From the NCBI GenBank assembly GCA_023131835.1, contig JAGLZA010000025.1, forward strand, positions 5,923-69,922: 64,000 nt of DNA, read 5' to 3'. The stretch is from a candidate division WOR-3 bacterium. Lineage in GTDB: Bacteria; Hydrothermota; UBA3072. Position numbers and translations under genes: made by a program. Positions 43,984-54,761 of the stretch are shown piece after piece (the first letter of the stretch is position 1; every line of letters starts with the position of its first letter). The notes beneath the pieces are model-generated. The model had not been told where the DNA came from. It ran no database searches and saw only the letters and a list, made by a program, of their open reading frames with translations.

Positions 43984-44434
43984 TTTTTATTACCTCCTAA
44001 AAAACATCTTTTAAACCCTCAAAAGCACTCCTCTCTTCTGCCTCTCCTGCTTTCCAAACCCTCCTAATTAAAGTTTTCCCATCAACTCTTTTCCAACGAA
44101 CATTAATTAAACCTCCTAACTGCAAATCACTACGTAATTCATGTTCATTAGCAAAAAAGAAAGTAAGGTTTTCGGTCATCAACTCACCCGGTGTCCACCA
44201 TTCGTCTTGAACCTCTAAAACCAAACAATCATTGCACGGGACTAATCCAGATGTCTCACAAGTTGGAATAGACGCAATAAACTGATCATTTAACCGATAC
44301 GTCTTAATCCATGTCGAAGATGTTGGTGCATTATAAAATATTCCGAAACCAACTATCACAAATATTATTGCAATACATGAGATAACTACTAAGACCTTTT
44401 TATCCTCTTTTCTCATTTTTCTTTTTTTCACCTC

Positions 44435-44785
44435 CTAAGTCACCATCCCTATACTAAGTAAATTTATTCCTACTACGCATACATAAATACAATCACTCAC
44501 AAAAATCCCATTTATTGCTAATTTCTTTTCGTCTTTCTTCCATAGCGAGTAACATATTATTCCAACTATAACAATCGCTACCGCTTTTCCTAACCATAAA
44601 AGGTTGTAACTCATCAATACCGCAGCTAGAGGGTTTATCTCGTCTGCTCCTAATCCGACTTCGTATGCGATGGATGTAGTGACTATATCGAGTATTTGTA
44701 GGGTGATTATATCGAGTATTTGTAGGGTGATTAGAATTATAAAGAGTGTGATGAATATTTGTGTTGGTTTTTGTTTTTTATCCAT
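44435..44785 (-). CDS. DUF5658-like membrane protein
   Basis: LDIVTT...GADEINPL. Confidence 0.65.
   Translation of the reverse strand: MDKKQKPTQIFITLFIILITLQILDIITLQILDIVTTSIAYEVGLGADEINPLAAVLMSYNLLWLGKAVAIVIVGIICYSLWKKDEKKLAINGIFVSDCIYVCVVGINLLSIGMVT
44684..44731. repeat. Perfect in-frame 24-bp tandem duplication
   Basis: TATATCGAGTATTTGTAGGGTGAT twice; duplicates ITLQILDI. Confidence 0.95.
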
Positions 44786-45581
44786 TTAGTTCCCTCTCTA
44801 TAATGTCCATCTCTTTTAATGAAGTTGTAACTATTAGTTTGTAGTCTTGGTAGCCGTTGGTATCAAGGAGTTGACGGCGGCGTTGATAGTATTCTTTATT
44901 TGTTTCACCATATGACTTCATTCCTGGTATTGGATGATGTTCCCAAAATAATTTATTTTCTATGAAGAAATCAATCTCTTTTCCTCCTATTCTAAAATGA
45001 GGTATAAAGTTCACTTCTAAATTAACTAAATATTTGTAACATTCTATTTCTTGTTTTGACCAAAAGTAATGACCATCATACTCAAGTCTCGGATTAGGAA
45101 GGTTGTTTCTTGCCATATCAGGATATTTTTTATGTACTGCTATTGCACCTAAAACCTTAATTCTATGCAATGCTTCTGGGTTATTTTCTTCTAAGGATTT
45201 AAATCCCAATTTACCTGCTTTTGATCTTACTTCATGGGTATATTCTAGATTCTCATCTTGAAACTTTCTTAATGATTTACTCAGTTTTTCTTTAATTTCT
45301 TTTGCTCTCTCTTTTCCAAAAAGCTCTTCATATGTTTTTCCTCTCCTAAAATTATCAAAACAATATTTTGAACAAAACCCATGATATCCAAAAGCTAAAC
45401 CTCCAAAACTTGCTTCTTTTCCACAAACACACATACCTTCACTTTCTTTTCGTAAATAAATATTGTAATACTGTTTGGTAGATATTTTATGCGTCTTTAC
45501 AATATGATGACCTAATCCTGAGAATGTCTTACATTCACGACCACAAATTTTACAGACTATATTATCTTCTTTTGCCTTCAT
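44778..45581 (-). CDS. Free-standing homing-endonuclease-like protein (zinc finger, NUMOD3-like, PD-(D/E)xK)
   Basis: CKIC...HIVKTH; GKTYEELFGKERAKEIKEKLS; KEIDFFI...WEHH. Confidence 0.65.
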   Translation of the reverse strand: MKAKEDNIVCKICGRECKTFSGLGHHIVKTHKISTKQYYNIYLRKESEGMCVCGKEASFGGLAFGYHGFCSKYCFDNFRRGKTYEELFGKERAKEIKEKLSKSLRKFQDENLEYTHEVRSKAGKLGFKSLEENNPEALHRIKVLGAIAVHKKYPDMARNNLPNPRLEYDGHYFWSKQEIECYKYLVNLEVNFIPHFRIGGKEIDFFIENKLFWEHHPIPGMKSYGETNKEYYQRRRQLLDTNGYQDYKLIVTTSLKEMDIIERELNG

Positions 45582-45591
45582 ATCTCAAAAC

Positions 45592-46740
45592 CTATATCAT
45601 ATCATAGAAACAATTTGGGTCTGCACCCATGAGAATCGCCTCTTCTAATGGCTGTTCAGGTTTTGAATTATAGATTAACCTTTGAGACACGCACCCGGAC
45701 TTACATTGATGGAAGAATTTGCACGATTGGCACATATCCGATTTCACTAATTTATATCCACCATTATAAATAAAATCCCTAAATATCCTAAATGTTTTTG
45801 AGTTATCCCATGCTTCAATAAGATCTCCTTTTTTTGTGAATAGTCCTGCTCTAAACCTATCTAACTTTTTCCACGATGGACAAACATGAATACTTGAAGT
45901 CCCATCCTCATTTGGTATGCAAATAGGATCTCTTGCACCACCCCTACAAACCACAGGTTCCCTCTTATCACTAATTAAAAAAGTAAAATCAAGTGGAATA
46001 CCGATTCTTATGTTTATGCCACCATTCTTCTCTTCTTCTTTTAACTTTAACAGAGTATACTGCAATTCCATAAACTCCTTCTTACTTAGTTCAAATTTCT
46101 CTGGTGTTTCCATACTACGCCCCTGCTTAACCCAACGAAGAAAAGAAACCTTTGAAACACCCATACCTTCAAGAAAGTCTACAGTATCTACAATATCCTT
46201 ATAGTTGATAGCCATCGGCACGAAATGCGTGCTTACGTTAATTCCAGCTTCTATACACCTACTTATGGTTGTTTTTACGTTTTCAAATGCACCATCCACT
46301 CCCATTATGTTATCTACTTTTTTCTCTTCACAATTTTGCATATCAGCAATAACTTCAATGTTTTTGTAGGTTTGTAATCTTTTCACTGTTTCATGACTCA
46401 TTGGTATTATCTCATTGTCTTTGTTTAGTTCTGAACCAGATGTATAGAGTAAGAATTTGTAGTTTAAACTCTGTGCATAGTCCATAACTTTCCAGAGGTC
46501 TGGATAAATTAATGGCTCACCACCACTTAAACTAAATGTAGACGCTCCTATTTGTCTTCCTTCATAAAGCAAATTCTTAATTGTAGGTAGTGATAATTCT
46601 CTATTACAATTTTTGGTCTCATCCCCACATTGGTTACTTATACAGACTGCATTGGAACTGCAAAAAATGCAATCGCAGACACATCTGTGTGTAAGCTCAA
46701 TAGACAGCTCATTTGCTTGGTATTTATTCATCTTTTCCAC
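45592..46740 (-). CDS. Radical SAM/SPASM-domain enzyme
   Basis: CVCDCIFC (CxxxCxxC), SGGEP, C-terminal CQSCKFFHQCKSGC...DPNC. Confidence 0.9.
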   Translation of the reverse strand: MEKMNKYQANELSIELTHRCVCDCIFCSSNAVCISNQCGDETKNCNRELSLPTIKNLLYEGRQIGASTFSLSGGEPLIYPDLWKVMDYAQSLNYKFLLYTSGSELNKDNEIIPMSHETVKRLQTYKNIEVIADMQNCEEKKVDNIMGVDGAFENVKTTISRCIEAGINVSTHFVPMAINYKDIVDTVDFLEGMGVSKVSFLRWVKQGRSMETPEKFELSKKEFMELQYTLLKLKEEEKNGGINIRIGIPLDFTFLISDKREPVVCRGGARDPICIPNEDGTSSIHVCPSWKKLDRFRAGLFTKKGDLIEAWDNSKTFRIFRDFIYNGGYKLVKSDMCQSCKFFHQCKSGCVSQRLIYNSKPEQPLEEAILMGADPNCFYDMI

Positions 46741-47051
46741 CTTTCATTTCTTTTTGATCTCTCTGATAGAAACTTTTGCTGTAGAAAAATCACCAGGAAT
46801 ATATTCTAAATTTTTAATATACACTGAATACCTCGTTGGAAATCTTACTATTTCACATCTTTTCTTATCATGTATTACTATATCTCCAATAGAAAATTCT
46901 TTAACTTTTTTTATCATTTTTCTTCACCTTTCTCACAAAATCCCGTATATGATTCATAACATTCTTTACACATTGTTACCGTGCCCATATCAGGCGTCTC
47001 TAGTTCCTTGTACGCTTTAACACCACACATCTCACATTTTTCTTCCATTTC

Positions 47052-47597
47052 TTATCTCACTTTTTTAAGTACCCTTGCGGAGAATAAATCCGCAACATGA
47101 ATAAAAGCCGCTAACTGAGAATTACTTTTATACGTCTTTGAAGCATCACTCCATCCACCGTGATGCCATGCAAGTGCCTCTGTTTGTTGCTTTGTTAATG
47201 AAATACCATGTTCAGCTAAGATTCTCAAAACATCCATCTCAGGTGGATACGTTGCTCTTTCTTTACGTTTGTACGTATAAAAAGGTTTGTCTACTTTCTT
47301 TTCAGATAGCGGTCGTAACTCGTATCTATACATCTTATCTAAATCATGGATAAACGAGACAATGATGATATCATCTAGTTTCACGTTTAGTTCATCTTCC
47401 CACTTATTGAATAAATTCACTGCTATGTTAATCACCTGTTCCGTATGAGTGTATAGACCACCTTACCAGTTGTGATGATACTTAACTGCAGCTGGAGCGG
47501 TTGCAAAATCTTTTTCTATAGCATTATAGAGGTTTATGTATTTTTCTCTTAGTTCTTCGTTCTGGATCTTACCCAGAAAATAAAGTATTAATTTCAT
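47052..47597 (-). pseudogene. HD-domain phosphohydrolase with an in-frame TAA at codon 45
   Basis: ATG at 47597 in frame: APAAVKYHHNW*GGLYTH...FIHDLDK...WHHGG...HVADL; stop at 47463-47465. Confidence 0.8.
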
Positions 47598-48292
47598 TTC
47601 TATACCTCTAAATTATCTTAGCTGTACATCCCTCTTGTTGCTTCTACAGGATCTACAAATGGTACTGACGCTAAACCCTCCTGTGGAACTCCTATTGCCA
47701 TTTCTTTCATATCATCATCAGACCCGTCGTCTGAATCCTCATCTGACTCACTGTTTTTTGTCTCATCCATGATTACCATTACTTCCTGTTGGAGCAACAC
47801 AACTTTTACGCGATCCAATACAGATATTATGTCACTAACAGAGAGGTTTTGATCTAATGCATTCAAAGACATCTCTTTGATCGTATCCACTAAATCGAAG
47901 TACGCTACGTGGTTTTCCAACCGCATTTTTCTTTCTTTTTTATCCATTTCTTTTTTCCTCCTTTATAATAATCCATCCTCTTTATACATATCACCAAGTT
48001 CTTCAATTACAGGTAATTCATCCCACCACTCAACTCTGAATAGCTTACCTTCACTTTTTCCTTCAAATTTATGGTTTCCTTTATGGTCTTTTTCGAGTTG
48101 ACATTTAAACCAGGAGTTATGTAAACCTCCTGCTCTCCTAATTACTATATCAGCATCACATTTACTCATTTTTATCCTCCTTAATACCATACCAACTTTT
48201 TGTCTTAAACATACTGCATTTTGGACACCCACCGTCAAAAACACCTCGTAGATACTTAGTTCCGCACTTAGGACAGGTTACTTCCATACATG

Positions 48293-48946
48293 TCATTCCA
48301 CATACCTCTTCATATTACTACATTTTAATTCATATAACCTTAGGTTATATAACCAATCACGATAGAATGTATCATCTGGCTTTTCTGGTAGTTGTGAGTA
48401 TTTATATGCTTCATTGAGCCAATCTATCCACTCAATGATATCATCTGGTGTACCACCTTTAAATGGTGTGAACTCAAATTTACCTGTATCCAATAAAGTC
48501 TTACCAAACTGCAACACCCTTAGAATCTTATTGCACCTACGTTCACTGTCATCCTTACCGCTATAAACATACTTTTTAAAGTTATGCACGGCTAATCCAT
48601 GAATTGAATGATAGCAGTTTTTGCTTACGTTCTCTTTTACTATGTTCTGTAAATCCAAATAAAACTTTGTCAATGGTTGCCTTGCTACCGATATAGTTAA
48701 AGGTGACATCACACCAACAAAAAAGTTAAAGTTTCCTTTTAATAGCTGCCCTACCACTTTACCTATCTCATGTAGTGTTATGTCCGTATTATCTTTTTGT
48801 ATAAACTTTGATCGTGTGTTTGCTGTTCCTTTAAGTATCTCTTCAGTTGATGCTACATATACACGAAATAAATCAGTATCCGACTTAGGATGTCTCATTA
48901 ACCATATAGTTGAACCTATCTCGGTAGTAAACAAATTATCTATCAT
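48293..48946 (-). CDS. Predicted nucleotidyltransferase (RlaP/YcgL-like)
   Basis: IGSTIW...KSDTDLFRVYV, HEIGK. Confidence 0.75.
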   Translation of the reverse strand: MIDNLFTTEIGSTIWLMRHPKSDTDLFRVYVASTEEILKGTANTRSKFIQKDNTDITLHEIGKVVGQLLKGNFNFFVGVMSPLTISVARQPLTKFYLDLQNIVKENVSKNCYHSIHGLAVHNFKKYVYSGKDDSERRCNKILRVLQFGKTLLDTGKFEFTPFKGGTPDDIIEWIDWLNEAYKYSQLPEKPDDTFYRDWLYNLRLYELKCSNMKRYVE

Positions 48947-49623
48947 TTTTTATCTTCTCACATCCTACTAATAATTGTATAATAGATGCTGCCTTTTGTG
49001 CATCCCTTTTCTTTTCAGCTTTACGTAGATCTTTCATAAGCTGCTTTTTATCACACTCTTCTTTTCTCATCTCACCTATCCATCTCCTTCATAAGTATCA
49101 CCAACTCATCATACGTCTTCTCTGGTAAGTTATCAAACAAAAGCTGATGCAGAAAAATAGCTTCTTTTTTTAAGTCGCCTTCTTCTATCGCATCTATCTC
49201 TATTATTACATTACCAACTGCATTACCAGAAAAAACATATACGTCTACCTTTGTTTTTCTTTTCATGTTATTTGCTCACCTCCATCCGTTTAGGTGGAAA
49301 ATTCCAATTATCACTACCACAAAGAGGACACAACTCAGATCCGAGGTTTACCTCTATCTCGTGTTTACAATTGAAACAGTACGCTATTCTTTTAGTCATT
49401 TACTCGCTCATCTCCTCTTCTTTAACCATCTCTCTTACCTCTATTATCCTTCTCATCTCCAAAATCAACTCCGTTCTTTCATTTGGTTTCAAACCAATCC
49501 TCTTTGCTTTTTTGTCAATCTCAGCTCGTAAATTGGCTACCGAGCACGAGGTGTCATGTTTGGTTATTAGTAGTGATAGTATGTCACTTTTGGTTTGATC
49601 TCTACCGTTTGGTTGGGTCATAT

Positions 49624-50613
49624 TTATTCCTCTAATTGAACACCACAACTAACCAAATAACTCTGTAATCTCTCTACTTCATTATCCATATTAGTTAAAA
49701 ACATTTTCAAATCTATATGAAAATCACAAAACGTCTCTATGTTATCAACAAAAGGAGAAATTAAAATATACTTATATGTAGGATGTAAATTCCTAAATTC
49801 TATAATTCTTTCCCTAAATCTTTTTCCCATCCAATATTCAGCACCTTTAATTTCTATAACTATATTTTTGTTTTTAACTGTTAAATCTGGATATATCTTT
49901 TTTGAATTTTTTATAGAATACCCCTCTTCATAAATATATTGTAAGCCAATTTGTTTTAGTTTTATGCAAACTTTCTTCTCTACTTTGCTTCTTACAACAT
50001 GACCTAACTCGGTAGAAAACTTAGAATTGGGTGTATTTGGTGAATGTCCTGGTTTGTATTCAGTTCCTGGTGATGTTCTCTTCCCACTTTTACCCTTAGA
50101 TATTGATTCACTAGTCTTTTTCCTATATTCTGGATCCTTCCACATTCTTTTTCCTAAATCAGACCGCTGTTTTTTCCCTTCAGGTGTCATCAACCAATCA
50201 CTTAATTTAGGATTGGGTTTTCCTCTTAATCCATCACTTATGTTTTTACGGGTTTCAGGTTTTTTCATAGCCTTTCTAACATTTTCTTTTTGTTTTTTTC
50301 TTATTTCTGGATCATTCATTACATTCTCGATTCCACAATTATGTCCTCTACTATTATGCCCTGAAATAAATCTTTTTCCAGGACTTGCATATCCCCCACA
50401 TTTGCATTCACATAACTTAGCTTCTGGTTTTGGACGATTCTTACGATTGATTTCACATGTCTTTTTATATGATACTCTCCATTTTTCAATTGTTTCTTTT
50501 TTACGGGTTTTACCATTATTAGAATTATTATGTCCCCAAATAAATCTATTCCCAGGTTTGGTTACTCTTCCACCACAACCACATTCACAAAAAGGTAATA
50601 TGTTATTACTCAT
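49624..50613 (-). CDS. Free-standing homing-endonuclease-like protein (NUMOD3-like repeats, PD-(D/E)xK)
   Basis: CECGCG...RFIWGHN repeats; YPDLTV...IEIKG. Confidence 0.7.
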   Translation of the reverse strand: MSNNILPFCECGCGGRVTKPGNRFIWGHNNSNNGKTRKKETIEKWRVSYKKTCEINRKNRPKPEAKLCECKCGGYASPGKRFISGHNSRGHNCGIENVMNDPEIRKKQKENVRKAMKKPETRKNISDGLRGKPNPKLSDWLMTPEGKKQRSDLGKRMWKDPEYRKKTSESISKGKSGKRTSPGTEYKPGHSPNTPNSKFSTELGHVVRSKVEKKVCIKLKQIGLQYIYEEGYSIKNSKKIYPDLTVKNKNIVIEIKGAEYWMGKRFRERIIEFRNLHPTYKYILISPFVDNIETFCDFHIDLKMFLTNMDNEVERLQSYLVSCGVQLEE

Positions 50614-50874
50614 ACTAATCCTCCTCTAGGCAATGGAGCACGTTCTGTATCCCAAGTGAATGTTTTCACCTTTATCATCGTGTATCCCGCTTCCTTAATC
50701 TTCCTTAGCAGTGTCTTTAGCTTCTCTATATCAGCCACCTTAATGTAACCGTAGATTAACGGACGGCTGGTTTTTGACGGTTGTGCTATGACCTCATTCG
50801 CTGACGTCACGCAAATTATGTAGCGGTCGGATTTCGCAAAGTTCGCTAACCATAGTTCCATTCCTTCAATGGTT

Positions 50875-51291
50875 TCAAGTTCGTGTATTGGCATTTTTAT
50901 GTACCTCCTTCATAAATTCAGGATTTTCATAGATATTACCCACTACTTTTATTTTTTGAGATTTTCCATTTGTCCACTCAAAATAGTAATTCTCAGCAAA
51001 TGAGATAAATCTATGTGTACTATCATCTACGTATCCAAAAGCACCATAATAAAGAATTACTGGTGATCGGAAATATGGATCTATAAGGTTAAATTTCGCA
51101 ATTATATCTCCTGCATATATTACTTTATTGTCCTTGTCTCTTAGTCCAGGAGCATACATCACTTCAATATCCTCTGGTTGTAATGCAAAATAATCAGGTT
51201 GTCTCTTGAAGACGATACCATCACAATCTATGAAAAAATCATAAATCATCTTCTTTTGCTTCTTATCCCACACTCTTGATAGTAATGTCAT
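50875..51291 (-). CDS. YopX family protein
   Basis: RVWDKKQKKM...GLRDKDNKVIYAGDII...VVGNIYENPE. Confidence 0.85.
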   Translation of the reverse strand: MTLLSRVWDKKQKKMIYDFFIDCDGIVFKRQPDYFALQPEDIEVMYAPGLRDKDNKVIYAGDIIAKFNLIDPYFRSPVILYYGAFGYVDDSTHRFISFAENYYFEWTNGKSQKIKVVGNIYENPEFMKEVHKNANTRT

Positions 51292-52745
51292 TTTTGCTTT
51301 ACCTCCTTACTAAAGTATACCATCTGCTCACCACCGTTTACCTCTACTTCCCATCCGTGCTTTTCTGCTCTGTCTATTGCCTCTGGTGTCGCTTCATCAA
51401 AACTCTTACTGAACTGTATCCTATTTCCCTCTATACTTGTTTGCATTTTTACCTCCATCTGGTGCTACAATAAAAGTCAGATGCTTTTCTAAATCACATA
51501 TTAATAGAGGTGCTTCCTTCTTTGGTAGGTAAACCTTAAAATTAATGTGATCTCTAAATAGAAAACGATCTACTAAGTTTCTGTCGTACCAGAAAGTATT
51601 ATCCTTTTGGGTGACTGGTATCAAAGCGGGTGTAACTATACGATAGCTGAAATCTACGTTACGTTTAAGTATATCTATGAGAATGTCTGGTTCTAATCCT
51701 GTTACCGCTGTCATCTCGTCGTTATCTAAGACATATGCTATCTCTTTTAGTAGTTTGCTCATTTTTTGTCTACCTCCTCATTACGATAATACTTCCTTGC
51801 TACTTGAATTGTTCGTTTATCTGCACTACATACTACTTCTAATTCACCAAATAACTCCTCACGCTCTTCTCTCAAATTCCATTGTTCATCTGACTTCTCT
51901 TTGCAATCCTCACAATGCTCACTACCAAACTCCCAAAACTCATGAGGATCATAAGTAGGGTCGGTATTCCTACATTCCTCTTTTAAATGATGAAGTTGAT
52001 TAATTTGCTCACCTATCTCCCATAGTCTTCTTGTTATCTCAAGCACCCTTGGTTTGCCACTCTTAACTTGCTTAAACCATTCTATCATACGTATTTTTCT
52101 TGTCTTAAAAGCTTTCTTTCCTGCATTGCTTCTCTCACTATATCTTTTTATTCCTGCTTCGTTCTTAAATGGAAGGACATCCTTTTCATCCCATAATTTC
52201 ATAGGAGCAGCAGATGAAAAATAAGGGTTCTTAACTTCTTTAAATGGTAATTTTAATTTAATTGGATCTACACCATAATTCTCCTTATACCATTTTTTGA
52301 TATGCAGACTATCTTGTTTCTTATTTTTCTCACTAAATACTTCACTCATTTTTATCTCCTAAATCCTACAACACGTATGTAACCACCAACCAACGAACAA
52401 ACACTGCTAACAACGCACCACCCCATATCATAAGTAATGCTATAATAACATAGTCAATTGGTGTCAAAGAAAAATACTTCTTTAGAACAGTGGCTGTTTG
52501 TGTCTCTGTTAGTTGTCTTATATTTACAGGTGTTATTTCTTTCTTTTCCATTTTTACCTCCTCTCTTTTTTTATAATAAAAAGATGTGAATCGCTTCAAA
52601 GTAAATAACAAGTATACCCACTATACGCTTGACTATATGCTAAATGAGCCATTTGTTTGTTCCATTCAACATAACGAACTCCTCTTTCCCCTCCTTTCCT
52701 CCTTAATTATTTTTTGAATTTTTCTTGCGTCTAAATTTTTTGTTC

Positions 52746-53426
52746 TCATTTTTCTTTTTCCTTTTTTGTAAAACATTCACCATTTGTTAGATAGTTTATG
52801 CTTACGGTGAAAAATTCCTCCCAGTACTCACGGTCTTTTTGGGTCTTTCCATGGCAACTTCTGCATAGCGGGACAAACAAGGGCTTTACGTCGTTGCAAC
52901 ATACCATTTTATTGTAGTTGACGTGGTGTACGTCGAGCTTGCGACCGTTATCAGTCTCGTTCATACCACATACGTAGCAGCATCTACCGAAGAAGTTTCG
53001 GACTCGTTCTTTTAAGTCATCGTCGAATTTCTCACAGTAAGGTAAATTTGAAATTCCGCCTTTCCACATACCACTTTTTTCACCTGACTGATCTGCATGA
53101 TTATCACTTATATGTTGTTTATGCTCATCTGTAAGATGTCTTCCTGTTAATGTCTTACTTATTTTTTCGGGTGCTCTTTTATGCCCTTCTATCATTTTAG
53201 ATGTTGGTTCTTTATCTGTTAGTGCTTCACTTATTTTCTTACGATAACCATCTGATGCCAATGAAGCATTAGGGAATTTCTCCCTATATTCAAGCATAGT
53301 TATATCATGCATTTTTAAATGCGTACTTGTAATTTTCTCAAACTCCTTGCCACAAATTTCACATTTAATCTTTGCTGTTTCCTTAGTGAACTTATCATCT
53401 AAATTTTGTTGTTTTTTTATTTTCAT
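52746..53426 (-). CDS. NUMOD3 plus HNH homing-endonuclease-like protein
   Basis: CEICG...HLKMH; WKGG; CYVCG...LDVHHVNYNK...LCRSCH. Confidence 0.85.
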   Translation of the reverse strand: MKIKKQQNLDDKFTKETAKIKCEICGKEFEKITSTHLKMHDITMLEYREKFPNASLASDGYRKKISEALTDKEPTSKMIEGHKRAPEKISKTLTGRHLTDEHKQHISDNHADQSGEKSGMWKGGISNLPYCEKFDDDLKERVRNFFGRCCYVCGMNETDNGRKLDVHHVNYNKMVCCNDVKPLFVPLCRSCHGKTQKDREYWEEFFTVSINYLTNGECFTKKEKEK

Positions 53427-53431
53427 CTTAC

Positions 53432-53707
53432 TTACTTAACTCTCCCTCTTAGTTGTGCATCACGGAGAATCGAATAACCCGCTATATCTTCCCAAGGACT
53501 TTCATCCAAACCATCCCTATCGGTTGCTATCCTAAACAGCTTATCTATTATACGTGTTATCGCTAAAACATCATCGTATTGATCAGGTTTAATTCCGTTT
53601 GGATATAGTATTCGTAGGATATCACCACTCTTAGCAAATGAATCACCATATGCCTTATTCTTACGTTCTACAAGTTCTCCTATCTCTTTACCTCTTTGAC
53701 TATACAT
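53432..53707 (-). CDS. Nucleotide-modification-associated alpha-helical pyrophosphatase-like protein (Nmad1/DUF1599-like)
   Basis: KNKAYGDSF...DKLFRI...SPWEDIAGYSIL. Confidence 0.75.
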   Translation of the reverse strand: MYSQRGKEIGELVERKNKAYGDSFAKSGDILRILYPNGIKPDQYDDVLAITRIIDKLFRIATDRDGLDESPWEDIAGYSILRDAQLRGRVK

Positions 53708-53729
53708 CTTAAAAATCTCCTGTCATCTT

Positions 53730-54761
53730 TTATACCTCTAGTTTGGTCTGTACAACTTTATTCCTTATTTTAGGGAACCTTATCATGTTACTATACTTCC
53801 CATAGAAATTGTCTAACTCTTCTAAAAGTGCATCCTCTGTCATATCACCAAAATCAGGTTTCTGTTTGTAAATTAGTCCTTGTCTACCACCACCCCAATA
53901 ATCACAAACACTGCACGGCATAAACACCCTTTTACGTTCTGCAAGGAACTTCCTGACTATTTCAAAAGGTCTTGAAAACCAAATATCATGTAAACTATTT
54001 TCTGGGAATTTACCCAACACTAATTCCCTTGAAGCATCCAGACAACAGAGACCCACTGCACCATCGTGTCTGATAATTAATTCTCGATAAATCCTTGTGC
54101 AATTTTTCTTTGGTGGTTCTTTCGGAATTGTTACCATATGCTTACCAAACTTTACAGGTTTCTTAATGTTACCTGCATAATTCCATGCTGTTCGTATCAC
54201 GTGTCGTCCGCTTTGCGAACCCAGATTATCCATCAAAATTATCATCTTATGGTGGTTATTCTTGTATCCGTAGACTGGAAAGATCTCACCCTCGTCAATT
54301 TTCTTGTAGTAATCCCATACTGGTATATCATAATTACATAACTGGTTGTAATAATTCATTAGCTGGTCGTGTCCGTCATACGTATCAATTAGTAGTCTGT
54401 TTATACCATCATTAAAGTAGCTAGTTATTTTGTCGTACTTTAAATCGTAACTATGGTTGTTTCTTCGTAGAAGGTCACCATTGGTCGTTAGCGTTATTTG
54501 ACATTTCGGATAGTTATCTCTGATATTCATTATTATTTCGTGTAACTTTTTGTTTAGTAACGGTTCGCCAATCATAGCTAATTCTATACGTTTTCCTTTT
54601 CCATCGAACCATTTGTTTAAGTCGATAGCCATTAGTCTCGCTGTATCAGGATGCATGAATTTTACTGTCTTGTCTTCTTGATAAGTCCATGCGCAGAATT
54701 TACATTTTTTGTTACAACCCCAGGTCGGCTCTATCTGGACTGAATAAGGATTATTCGTCAT
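53730..54761 (-). CDS. Radical SAM enzyme with SPASM/twitch domain
   Basis: CNKKCKFC, GEPLL, TTNG, C-terminal CT...CC...CSVC; overlaps the amidoligase stop. Confidence 0.88.
   Translation of the reverse strand: MTNNPYSVQIEPTWGCNKKCKFCAWTYQEDKTVKFMHPDTARLMAIDLNKWFDGKGKRIELAMIGEPLLNKKLHEIIMNIRDNYPKCQITLTTNGDLLRRNNHSYDLKYDKITSYFNDGINRLLIDTYDGHDQLMNYYNQLCNYDIPVWDYYKKIDEGEIFPVYGYKNNHHKMIILMDNLGSQSGRHVIRTAWNYAGNIKKPVKFGKHMVTIPKEPPKKNCTRIYRELIIRHDGAVGLCCLDASRELVLGKFPENSLHDIWFSRPFEIVRKFLAERKRVFMPCSVCDYWGGGRQGLIYKQKPDFGDMTEDALLEELDNFYGKYSNMIRFPKIRNKVVQTKLEV

Noticed and set aside
47463-47465. Stop-codon reassignment
   Set aside because: It is a single in-frame TAA; all other long genes are intact under the standard code and many end in TAA
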